A program made the position numbers and the translations under genes. 56,773 bases of DNA from Candidatus Thorarchaeota archaeon (GTDB taxonomy: Archaea > Asgardarchaeota > Thorarchaeia > Thorarchaeales > Thorarchaeaceae): positions 1 to 56,773 of the forward strand of contig DAOVDG010000002.1 in the NCBI GenBank assembly GCA_030669595.1, in the 5' to 3' direction. The notes below the pieces were generated by a model, which saw nothing but the letters and a program-made list of their open reading frames with translations, did no database searches and had not been told where the DNA came from. Numbering within the stretch: position 1 is the first letter of the stretch; each line of letters opens with the position of its first letter. Below, piece after piece: positions 1-7,948 of the stretch.

Positions 1-1121
1 CGCTCGATGTATATCGTGCGACCATAGACGTTCTTTACCCTGGCCCGCTCTTCGATTCGGATGTCATCACCATAGAGTGAGTCCGTCCTTGCGCGTTCGC
101 GGATTAGAATCTCCTTTGAGTGAACAAAGCCGCTGACTTCGGCCTTCTTGCCAATACGAAATCCATCTTCGGCATAGGTTTCTTCGGCGTCAATCCTCCC
201 GCCAACTATGATGCGGAATGTCTTGATCTTGCCGCCCACCTCAATTCTGCCGCCTACCTTTATCTTCCGCTCACAGGTCAGGTCGGCTCCAACTTCGATT
301 GTTCCTCCGACATCGATATCATCACTTAGGTGGAGTGAACCATCCACACGGACTTTCCCGCCCACGTCGATTGTATGACCAGTCGCGTCACCATCGATGC
401 CCACACTACCTCCGACGTCAATGCTGCCGAAGGTTAGGTCACCTGATCCCTTGAAGGAGCCTCCAACATCAACAGAGTCCACCTTGGAACCAGAACCAAC
501 TCTTGCAGATCCACCCACGTCAATCTCTTCAACCTCAACAGCTCCCTCGGCCTTGAAGCTTCCACCTATGTTCACCTTACCAATGCGACCAACTGTGCAC
601 TTGCCGGATCCACCGACGTCCACCTCATCGCAATCGATACGGCCTTCAACCTTGATTGACCCTCCGGCGTCCAATCTCTGGACATCTGCATCACCCACAA
701 TCTTGATTGAGCCGCCTCCGTTCAGTCGCCTTGCCTTGGCGTTTCCGCCGACCTTGATTGATCCGCCACCCTTGCCAGAGTCACATGTCAAGTCTTTCTC
801 GACGCGCAATGAACTACCTGCCTCTATCACACGGGCACTGGCACTTCCTGTTACCTCTAGTGTACCTTTTTTCACAACAGCGCTTTCTTCAATAATCAGG
901 TCGCCGTCCACAAGGATTCGGTTTCTGGTTTTGGCTTCCAAATTGCGAGCTCTTAATGAGCCATCAATCTCTAGTTCACCCTGCACGTACAGGGTCCCAG
1001 CAATCACAATTTCGGAACCTTGCTGGGGAATCAAGTATCTGCACTTCTTGATTTCAACGTCGCCCTCGACTGTTCCGAGCTCGACGGTTTCTTCGTTTTC
1101 AAACTTCAATCGTTCAGCCAT
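1..1121 (-). CDS. Bactofilin-like beta-helical repeat protein (polymer-forming cytoskeletal family type). The C-terminus runs off the left window edge.
   Basis: Absent from the ORF track because no stop codon lies inside the window. Reading the minus strand from the ATG at 1121..1119 gives MAERLKFENEETVELGTVEGDVEIKK... with no stop down to position 1. More than 10 degenerate ~18-20 aa repeats follow, e.g. GGGSIKVGGN, GGGSIKIVGD, AGGSIKVEGR, VGGSFKAEGA, VGGSFKGSGD, VGGSVGIDGD, VGGKVRVDGS, VGGTIEVGAD, VGGRIEVGGK. Confidence 0.6.
   Translation of the reverse strand, partial: MAERLKFENEETVELGTVEGDVEIKKCRYLIPQQGSEIVIAGTLYVQGELEIDGSLRARNLEAKTRNRILVDGDLIIEESAVVKKGTLEVTGSASARVIEAGSSLRVEKDLTCDSGKGGGSIKVGGNAKARRLNGGGSIKIVGDADVQRLDAGGSIKVEGRIDCDEVDVGGSGKCTVGRIGKVNIGGSFKAEGAVEVEEIDVGGSARVGSGSKVDSVDVGGSFKGSGDLTFGSIDVGGSVGIDGDATGHTIDVGGKVRVDGSLHLSDDIDVGGTIEVGADLTCERKIKVGGRIEVGGKIKTFRIIVGGRIDAEETYAEDGFRIGKKAEVSGFVHSKEILIRERARTDSLYGDDIRIEERARVKNVYGRTIYIE
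180..776 (-). repeat. Intragenic degenerate tandem repeats (~54-60 nt period) encoding the xVGGSxKVxG beta-helix rungs
   Basis: The GG(S/K/T/R)-(I/F/V)-(K/R/E)-V motif recurs periodically in the minus-strand translation. The P/T/S-rich plus-strand ORF 397..1302 is its antisense shadow. Confidence 0.5.
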
Positions 1122-1226
1122 TTGTTATTCGTCCTTGGCCTTTTTCCTATGTATAGCACTGGATTTTTGGCATATAAAGCGGAACCACAATAAGTGGTCA
1201 CAAGATGTGACTATCTCCAAAGCACA

Positions 1227-1532
1227 CTACATACCTATGATTGGGTCCGGGATAGGTATTCCTACAAGCCCTGCCATCCTCTTGTATAGTTCTAGATACT
1301 GATGTCCTCGGACTGTGACCTTGTAGACCCTCCTACCGTCGTCATCCTCATCTTCGAGAAGGCCTCTATCCAATAGCTCTGTGAGGCTAGTCTTTGCACG
1401 GTCTACTGGCATGTTTGTGGATCGGGCTGCGCGAGTCAGTGGACAGTGGCCGTAGATATAGATCACACGGATGAGCTCTGCATAGATATCATATCTCGTC
1501 CGTTTCAGATGCTCTTTCTTCTTCCTGGCCAT
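1227..1532 (-). CDS. Small winged-helix DNA-binding protein
   Basis: ORF 1227..1604. The likely start is the internal ATG at 1532 (MARKKKEHLKRTRYDIYAELIRVIY...). The segment CPLTRAARSTNMPVDRAKTSLTELLDRGLLE...RRVYKVTVRG is a typical HTH plus wing. Confidence 0.6.
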   Translation of the reverse strand: MARKKKEHLKRTRYDIYAELIRVIYIYGHCPLTRAARSTNMPVDRAKTSLTELLDRGLLEDEDDDGRRVYKVTVRGHQYLELYKRMAGLVGIPIPDPIIGM

Positions 1533-1708
1533 TGAACGCAACCGAATCCTAGCATACTTCTCAACATAAAAAAGCAGTGAATGACTGCTTTCGGAGAGTA
1601 TCACCTAGCAATATTTATGACCGACGGAATGGCTGAACTCATGCAGGGAAGCCAGTGATACTGCGAGTCCTTTTGCTACGACGAAACGTTGGCGAGCATC
1701 TCTGCGGC

Positions 1709-2392
1709 ATGTCATTTGAGGACAATGTTTCGAAGAACACCACATCGATGCCCTCTCACATCAGAGCATGTGTCACGCTTTTTGGCTCAAGAGAAAGCAC
1801 TGCAAATGGTCGTGCCTACACGCTTGAGCAGGATGACTTGGTTTGGGTTTACATGTTCTTTGAGATATTCGCAGTCGTGGTGTTAACAACTAAGGGCGAG
1901 GACATCCCACGCCTTCGGAAGCGAATGCTCTCTCTTGGCAAAGCTTTTGCCAAGTCATACGGGTACATGATAGCATCCTGGAGCGGCGATATGAGCGATA
2001 TCGAGGGAGTCGGTGCGCTTGTAGAACGATATATTCGTTTCGATTTAGACCTTGGAAATGGTATTCTGTCTGAGATTGAGAGCCTAGTCAACACTGTTCT
2101 TGAGAATTACGATGTAGCCTACGCCGGAGTCTTTGATGCTGGAGGAGACCTGCTCTCGGGGGATATCCCGGACAGTCATATCCAAAGCATCCAAGATGAA
2201 ATATCCGTCGCAGGAATCAATTCCGGAGTGGAGCTAATGCCACATGCAATTGATATTCAAGGTCATAGTGTGCAGATGCTCAGGGTCAGCTCCCTATCAA
2301 TTGCTGTAGCTGCGTACCGTGATGAAAGCCGGATGGCAGCCGCAAAAGCAGTGAGCGAGATTGCACAAGCAATTCACGAAGCAATGGACTAG
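1709..2392 (+). CDS. Two-domain regulatory protein: longin-like N-terminal half plus Roadblock/LC7 (MglB-like) C-terminal half
   Basis: ORF 1655..2392; the ATG at 1709 (MSFEDN...) is the likely start. The C-terminal half (VAYAGVFDAGGDLLSGDIP...HAIDIQGHSVQMLRVSSLSIAVAAYRDESRMAAAKAVSEIAQAI) fits the roadblock pattern. The N-terminal half (LVWVYMFFEIFAVVVLTTKGEDIPRLRKRMLSLGKAFAKSYGYMIASWSGDMSDIEGVGALVERYI) fits a longin/sigma-adaptin-like pattern. Domain calls are by eye. Confidence 0.5.
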   Translation: MSFEDNVSKNTTSMPSHIRACVTLFGSRESTANGRAYTLEQDDLVWVYMFFEIFAVVVLTTKGEDIPRLRKRMLSLGKAFAKSYGYMIASWSGDMSDIEGVGALVERYIRFDLDLGNGILSEIESLVNTVLENYDVAYAGVFDAGGDLLSGDIPDSHIQSIQDEISVAGINSGVELMPHAIDIQGHSVQMLRVSSLSIAVAAYRDESRMAAAKAVSEIAQAIHEAMD

Positions 2393-2444
2393 ATTACGCA
2401 ATCGCTAAATGGTAACTGACCTGTAAACGGATAGGTGATTTCCG

Positions 2445-3113
2445 ATGGATTTGGCCACTGAAATCATTGCGACTGCCGAGAAGGACATAGAGCAAGCACT
2501 CTGGCAGAGTGTTCGAGATAATGACAACGACAAGGCATTGGCTGTCTATCACAAATCGCGGATCAAACTAGTGTCACTGACCAATCTATCTGATGCAGAA
2601 GAGAGGGACCGGAACCGCGTTCTCGCTTACTGCCTAATGCGCGTCGACGATACATTATTCTCCAAGGGCGATACTGCGGACGCCGTGAGTCGAACTCAAG
2701 AGGCATTGCGCATAGCACAACGTTCCGAAGATGAGGTTCAAATTGCTAGATGTCAGTTGCTGCTGGGTGCTCGGCTCATGAATCAGGGAAAGATAGCAGA
2801 GGCGGAGGAGCATTATCGCGGGATACTTGCAACTCACATGGACAGTGAAGATGAGGATTTAATCCAAGTGGTTGGGTGGACCCTAATAACGAGGGGCCAT
2901 CTATTGGATGACAAACGCCTCCATGACCAGGCGCTCTTTGTACTTCTTGATGCCGAAAATCGACTGAAATCCATCGATAACTTCGCAGGTATTGCCGCAG
3001 CGAACGAACTCTTGGTGAAAGTGTACTCGAATCTTGGATGGTCAGAGGATGCCCAAAAATGTCGTCGAATGGCCATCAAGTATAAAGAGAAGGCAAAACG
3101 CGAGCAGAGGTGA
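2445..3113 (+). CDS. TPR-like helical repeat protein
   Basis: 222-aa ORF with helical-hairpin repeats, e.g. AVSRTQEALRIAQRSEDEVQIARCQLLLGARLMNQGKIAEAEEHYRGIL and AAANELLVKVYSNLGWSEDAQKCRRMAIKY. Confidence 0.55.
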   Translation: MDLATEIIATAEKDIEQALWQSVRDNDNDKALAVYHKSRIKLVSLTNLSDAEERDRNRVLAYCLMRVDDTLFSKGDTADAVSRTQEALRIAQRSEDEVQIARCQLLLGARLMNQGKIAEAEEHYRGILATHMDSEDEDLIQVVGWTLITRGHLLDDKRLHDQALFVLLDAENRLKSIDNFAGIAAANELLVKVYSNLGWSEDAQKCRRMAIKYKEKAKREQR

Positions 3114-3212
3114 GCGTTCTAGCAGAGAGGGCATCTCGCAGCATGGTACGAAACAAAGAAGTACTACGCGGCACGCGTAGGCTTTGTCAATGGACGCGAG
3201 GTTTGCTAAGCA

Positions 3213-3839
3213 ATGATTGTCGGCATCTGCGGTTCACCCAAGAAGGAACGTTCCAACACTCGTTACCTGCTCGAGAAGGCTCTCGAAGCAGCTTCAGACA
3301 TTCCTTCAGAGGGCAAGACCAAGCGCGCAACAACTGTTCTGCTTGACATAAGTGACTTCGAGATACGACACTGTACAGGATGCGACACGTGTGTGAGAAA
3401 GAAGCCCTGCCCTGAGAGTGAACACGACGACATGCCCAAGATCGAAGAGAAGCTGCTCAAGGCGGATGGAATCATCATTGCTGCTCCGTCATACTTCACT
3501 GCTGTCCCTGGCGTGCTGAAGGACTTCATAGACCGCTCGAGACCGATGAAGATGTTGGACCATCAGCTGAAAGACAAGCTCTTCGGTGCTATCACCTATG
3601 CTGGTCTACGTTATGGTGGGCAAGAACACGTGATTGACTACCTCAATAGATACGCTCTAGGACAGGGGATGATTGTCATTGGAGCTGTGGGGAGTCCAGT
3701 AAGAGATGGCACCTTCGGGTCGGGAAGTATGCAGACGGATGAGGGTGAATGGAGGTCCGCGAAGAAGGACCAGCTGGCAGTTGAGGGTAGTCAGCAGCTT
3801 GGTCGTCGAATGGCTGAGCTTGTCAAGAAATTGAAGTGA
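3213..3839 (+). CDS. Iron-sulfur flavoprotein / NADPH-dependent FMN reductase family (Isf-like)
   Basis: Flavodoxin-like N-terminus MIVGICGSPKKERSNT. Compact Cys cluster C-TG-C-DT-C-VRKKP-C (CX2CX2CX5C), as in Isf proteins. GIIIAAPSYF motif. Confidence 0.7.
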   Translation: MIVGICGSPKKERSNTRYLLEKALEAASDIPSEGKTKRATTVLLDISDFEIRHCTGCDTCVRKKPCPESEHDDMPKIEEKLLKADGIIIAAPSYFTAVPGVLKDFIDRSRPMKMLDHQLKDKLFGAITYAGLRYGGQEHVIDYLNRYALGQGMIVIGAVGSPVRDGTFGSGSMQTDEGEWRSAKKDQLAVEGSQQLGRRMAELVKKLK

Positions 3840-4417
3840 AGCAAGGGATTGTCATGGGGAAATCAAACACAGGCGGTAAGGTTCAGGTATACACTGGCAA
3901 TGGCAAGGGCAAGACGACCTGCGCGTTAGGCCTTGGCATAAGAGCAGCGGGTCACGGACTTGAAGTGCTCATGATTAGTTTTATGAAAGCGAAGGTCGCC
4001 GAAAGGAGCGGAGCAAACGAGGTAAACTATGGGGAGTTCAAAACCATTGAGCAGATTCCGAACTTCACAATCATACCTGTTGGACGTGAAACCTTTGTCA
4101 ACAAGGCTAACCCTGACCCTGTAGATATCGAGATGGCCCAGAATGGCTTGAAGATGGCGCAGGACGCGCTTGCAGAACACAAGTGTAATGTCTTGATTCT
4201 CGACGAGATAAATGTGGCAGTGGAGTGGAACTTGATTTCCTTGGATGACCAGTTGGGCCTGATTAAGATGAAACCCGCGGATGTCGAGGTCATCATGACT
4301 GGTCGCTATGCCAGTGAAGAAATCATTGAGGCTGCAGATTTGGTCACCGAGATGAGAGAGGTCAAGCACTACTTTGAAACGGAGAAGATTCTAGCTCGGA
4401 GAGGTTTCGAGTTCTAG
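3836..4417 (+). CDS. cobO: Cob(I)yrinic acid a,c-diamide / cob(I)alamin adenosyltransferase (CobA/CobO/BtuR type)
   Basis: VQVYTGNGKGKTTCALGLGIRAAGHG P-loop, LILDEINVAVEW and VIMTGRYASEEIIEAADLVTEMREVKHYF. The GTG start overlaps the upstream stop (GTGA). The ATG at 3854 is an alternative start. Confidence 0.8.
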   Translation: MKQGIVMGKSNTGGKVQVYTGNGKGKTTCALGLGIRAAGHGLEVLMISFMKAKVAERSGANEVNYGEFKTIEQIPNFTIIPVGRETFVNKANPDPVDIEMAQNGLKMAQDALAEHKCNVLILDEINVAVEWNLISLDDQLGLIKMKPADVEVIMTGRYASEEIIEAADLVTEMREVKHYFETEKILARRGFEF

Positions 4418-4465
4418 TCCAAGAAGGGCATTGCGGTTACCTGCATCCCTTGCAGAATCGAACAG

Positions 4466-4473
4466 TTAATATT
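4466..4473 (+). promoter_or_regulatory. Possible archaeal TATA-like box (TTAATATT) upstream of the mutase paralog 1 gene
   Basis: AT-rich octamer about 42 nt upstream of the GTG start at 4515. GGAGG at 4502..4506 lies 8 nt before the start. No BRE was verified. Confidence 0.25.
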
Positions 4474-4514
4474 GCGCTCGAAAGAGCTGGTCGTTTGTTG
4501 AGGAGGATATCCTA

Positions 4515-6176
4515 GTGGGTGACCAGAGTTCCATCAAGAAAGCGAAGAAGAGCTGGGAATCAAGTAAGCTCTCCAACCAGAAGCAGTGGCGAGATGAGTT
4601 CGTCACGACCTCAAGCAAGCCGGTTAAGGTGATCTACACTCCACTAGACATTCCTGACCTCGACTACATGCGGGACCTAGGATTTCCCAGTGAGTATCCG
4701 TACACTCGCGGCGTGCAGCCTTCGATGTATCGGGGCCGCATTTGGACAATGCGGCAATTTGCTGGGATGGGCAGCGCACAGGAAACGAACCAACGTTTCA
4801 AATTCTTGCTCAATCATGGTCAGACAGGACTGAGTGTAGCTTTCCATCTGCCAACAATCTATGGACGGGACTCCGACCACCCATATGCGCTTGGTGAGGT
4901 TGGAAAGCTTGGCGTTGCCATTGACACGCTAAAGGATATGGAGATACTAAGTGATGGACTTCCTCTTGATAAGGTCACTACTTCAATGACAATCAACGCT
5001 CCTGCCTCGATACTCCTCGCCATGTATATGCTTGCCGCTCAGAAACAGGGAATTGCTCCGACTCAGATTGGAGGGACTATTCAAAACGATATTCTGAAGG
5101 AGTACATGGCCCAAAAATCATACATCTACAGTCCTGAGCCATCAATGAGGATCATCACAGACATCATGGGCTATTGCGCGAAAAACATCCCCCGTTGGAA
5201 CACCATCTCCATCTCCGGCTATCACATTCGGGAAGCTGGTTCGACTGCAGCTCAGGAGCTTGCATTCACATTGGCCAACGGACTGACGTACGTACAAGCA
5301 GGCATTGACGCGGGACTGGATGTGGACGTTTTCGCTCCCCGTCTATCATTCTTCTTCAATTCCCATAATGACATATTCGAGGAGGTCGCGAAGTTCCGAG
5401 CCGCACGCCGCATCTGGGCGCGCGAGATGAAGGAACGGTTTAAGGCGAAGAAGTCAAGGTCTCTTTGGATGCGATTCCACACTCAAACTGCTGGTTGTTC
5501 ACTAACTGCTCAGCAGCCAATTGTCAATGTCGTGCGTACAGCGTACCAAGCCCTCGCGGCAGTTCTTGGAGGTACTCAGTCTCTCCACACAAACAGCATG
5601 GACGAAGCTTTCTGTTTACCAACAGAAGATGCAGTCCGTGTGGCGCTCAGGACTCAGCAGATCATCGCCCATGAAAGTGGAGCGGCCAACACGATAGACC
5701 CACTTGCGGGCTCGTACTATATCGAATCGTTGACCAACGAAATGGAGGAGGAGGCCTACAAGTACTTCGGTCGGTTCGATGCCATGGGCGGTGTTATCCC
5801 AGCCATCGAGAAGGGATTCCCGCAGAGGGAGATAGCCAACGCATCGTACAAGTACCAGCGCGAGATTGAAACTAACAAGAGGAAAATAGTAGGTGTCAAT
5901 GACTTTGTTCTTGAGGGCGAAGAGGTCACAATCCCGGTGCTCAAGATAGATCCTGAGATTGAGAGAAAGCAGGTGGAACGTACTCAGAGAATCCGGAGAG
6001 AGCGTGACAAGAAGAAGTTCGAGGAATCTCTCAACGGGCTGAGGAAGGCCTCTGAGGGGACAGACAATGTTATGCCACATATCATCAATGCGGTGAAGGC
6101 CCATGCTACTGTGGGTGAGATATGTGATGTCTGGCGGGACATCTGGGGTGAATGGGAAGAACCGAAGATATACTAA
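4515..6176 (+). CDS. Methylmalonyl-CoA-mutase-family large (catalytic) subunit, paralog 1. Substrate is uncertain.
   Basis: [75 protein letters not shown] and [16 protein letters not shown]. There is no B12-binding domain in this ORF. GTG start preceded by GGAGG. Confidence 0.85.
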   Translation: MGDQSSIKKAKKSWESSKLSNQKQWRDEFVTTSSKPVKVIYTPLDIPDLDYMRDLGFPSEYPYTRGVQPSMYRGRIWTMRQFAGMGSAQETNQRFKFLLNHGQTGLSVAFHLPTIYGRDSDHPYALGEVGKLGVAIDTLKDMEILSDGLPLDKVTTSMTINAPASILLAMYMLAAQKQGIAPTQIGGTIQNDILKEYMAQKSYIYSPEPSMRIITDIMGYCAKNIPRWNTISISGYHIREAGSTAAQELAFTLANGLTYVQAGIDAGLDVDVFAPRLSFFFNSHNDIFEEVAKFRAARRIWAREMKERFKAKKSRSLWMRFHTQTAGCSLTAQQPIVNVVRTAYQALAAVLGGTQSLHTNSMDEAFCLPTEDAVRVALRTQQIIAHESGAANTIDPLAGSYYIESLTNEMEEEAYKYFGRFDAMGGVIPAIEKGFPQREIANASYKYQREIETNKRKIVGVNDFVLEGEEVTIPVLKIDPEIERKQVERTQRIRRERDKKKFEESLNGLRKASEGTDNVMPHIINAVKAHATVGEICDVWRDIWGEWEEPKIY

Positions 6177-6236
6177 GTCCGAAAGAACATCAGAGCACAG
6201 CTCTCATCATTCTGCCTTGTCAAGTTCGTTATGTGC

Positions 6237-7574
6237 CTAGGATATCATGGCTTCCTCATCTTCGGAGTCAAGCACTGACCACTCGGCTGGTTCATTCTCA
6301 GGGGCTTCCGCAGTTGCAGCTTCTGCAACATCATCAAGTGCCCTGACTGATGGAGCCAGCAAAGCGGCAGTCGCTAGCACGATTGTCGTCACTCCTGAGG
6401 CTACAAACCAAATCGGAACACCGTAAACATCTGCTACGGGTCCAGCAATGGCCAATCCAATGGGCATCATCGCACCAGCCCCACTAACAACAAGCGCAAA
6501 CACTCTCCCTTGCATATCTGCAGGGATTGTCGATTGCAGCAATGCAAGGATGGACCCATTCACAATGGTGCCGAGAGCTGCTGAGAGGAAAAACAAAGCA
6601 GTTGCTTGGAGGAATGCATCTGGCGGCATCAGACCTATCAACCCTTGTACGATTCCACCCAGGATTAGTGCGGTAAGTGCTGTTACAGTCCGTCTTTTCC
6701 CGCCTCCCCAAAAGCCAAGAAATACTCCCGAAAGCACCATTCCTATGGCACTTGCTGACTGGATTATGGCTAACGCTGTTACATCACCGTGAAAATGGTT
6801 GGTGACAAGAATGGGGATCAGGGCAGAAGCAGGCGCTGCCACCAAGTTCAGGAACATCGCCATCACGACTATCAGAAGTATTCCCCGCGATTTCCTCAGG
6901 AAGCGGAAGCCCTCCATCATGTCACCGATAACAGATTTTTCCACTAGTGTGCTCTTTCGCTCAGGCTGAGGGACATGAACGATTGCAAGCGCACCAATCG
7001 CAATGATAGCAGTTACCACATCTATCATCAGGATTGTACTCATCGGAAGCAGAATCAAAACAAGTGCTCCAAGCGGCGGTGCAATTATGCCCGCTGCTCC
7101 TTGGAGTGCCTGGTTCATGCCCCCAATGCGTGATAGGTGCTCTTTAGGCACCATCAGAGTGGTTGACGCTAGCATTGCCGGCCAGTGGAATCCGCCTGCG
7201 GCTGAACCAATGAGCATGGCCAGATAGATGTGCCAGATCTCTATAGTCTCAAAGTAGAACATGGCAGCCAGAAAGAGAATGCTTAGGGCGGTAATCATAT
7301 CTGCAACAATCATGGTTCTGCGTCTATTCCATCGGTCCACATACGACCCTGCAAAGGGTGTGATCAAGACCTGCGGCAACAAGGCCATTATCATAGTGAT
7401 TGCAAGCACAGTAGCAGAACCAGTTTGAAGTGTCAACCACCAGACAATAGTGAATCGTACGAGCCGACTCCCGAACAAAGATACCGCCTGACCACCCCAC
7501 ATGATGGCGAACGGGCGGAATGACTCGGTGGTTTCTTCCTTTGGCTGTTCAGACAACATCGTATCGAGTTTCAC
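6237..7574 (-). CDS. MFS-family transporter
   Basis: 445-aa ORF with about 12 hydrophobic segments. An MFS loop-type motif DRWNRRRTM follows TM2. Acidic C-terminal tail. Confidence 0.75.
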   Translation of the reverse strand: MKLDTMLSEQPKEETTESFRPFAIMWGGQAVSLFGSRLVRFTIVWWLTLQTGSATVLAITMIMALLPQVLITPFAGSYVDRWNRRRTMIVADMITALSILFLAAMFYFETIEIWHIYLAMLIGSAAGGFHWPAMLASTTLMVPKEHLSRIGGMNQALQGAAGIIAPPLGALVLILLPMSTILMIDVVTAIIAIGALAIVHVPQPERKSTLVEKSVIGDMMEGFRFLRKSRGILLIVVMAMFLNLVAAPASALIPILVTNHFHGDVTALAIIQSASAIGMVLSGVFLGFWGGGKRRTVTALTALILGGIVQGLIGLMPPDAFLQATALFFLSAALGTIVNGSILALLQSTIPADMQGRVFALVVSGAGAMMPIGLAIAGPVADVYGVPIWFVASGVTTIVLATAALLAPSVRALDDVAEAATAEAPENEPAEWSVLDSEDEEAMIS

Positions 7575-7613
7575 GTCCTTGGTGAGATATATTGCAACTG
7601 GTTTGGGTAAGAA

Positions 7614-7748
7614 CTAGCAATTGGACTCACTCTTGCCGGAATCCTTCACTTCACTGGTCTTCAACCGCCAGCAGTCGATGCAGATCCTGCGGCCAACATG
7701 CGCCCCCTTCCCATAGCGGTCAATTGTAGAACAGGTTTCGCAGGGCAT
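7614..7748 (-). CDS. Possible 44-aa zinc-ribbon mini-protein
   Basis: Below the ORF-track length cut-off. The minus-strand ATG at 7748 gives MPCETCSTIDRYGKGAHVGRRICIDCWRLKTSEVKDSGKSESNC, with a CxxC...(16)...CxxC pattern. It ends 39 nt upstream of the MFS gene on the same strand. Confidence 0.3.
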   Translation of the reverse strand: MPCETCSTIDRYGKGAHVGRRICIDCWRLKTSEVKDSGKSESNC

Positions 7749-7948
7749 TTCCTCATTCTTCAACATTGGTCAAGATTAATCCTGCGTTGTGTGCTCCGAC
7801 CGACGAGGAGCTTGCCAGAACGATGCGAACGTGGCCTTGGCTCATTGAACGCCTCTAGTCGATACCCATTTATTAGGGGGACTTGCAGCGACGTATCGCT
7901 TTCGACAATCCATTCCTCGGCCCTGCCGCTGAGAACGGAGGACTAAGA

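Noticed and set aside
397-1302. 301-aa plus-strand ORF rich in P/T/S (PPTS repeats)
   Set aside because: It is the antisense shadow of the minus-strand GGS-I-K-V repeat gene (1..1121). Its low-complexity composition mirrors the Gly/Val/Asp codons of the opposite strand, and its 3' part runs through the promoter region of that gene.
3110-3346. 78-aa plus-strand ORF overlapping the start of the Isf-like gene
   Set aside because: It has an Arg/Ser-rich composition and no motif. It overlaps the well-supported flavoprotein frame.
7698-7946. 82-aa plus-strand ORF upstream of the FAD oxidase
   Set aside because: It has no motif and an Arg/Leu/Ser-rich composition. It overlaps both the zinc-ribbon mini-ORF on the other strand and the likely RBS and start of the oxidase gene.
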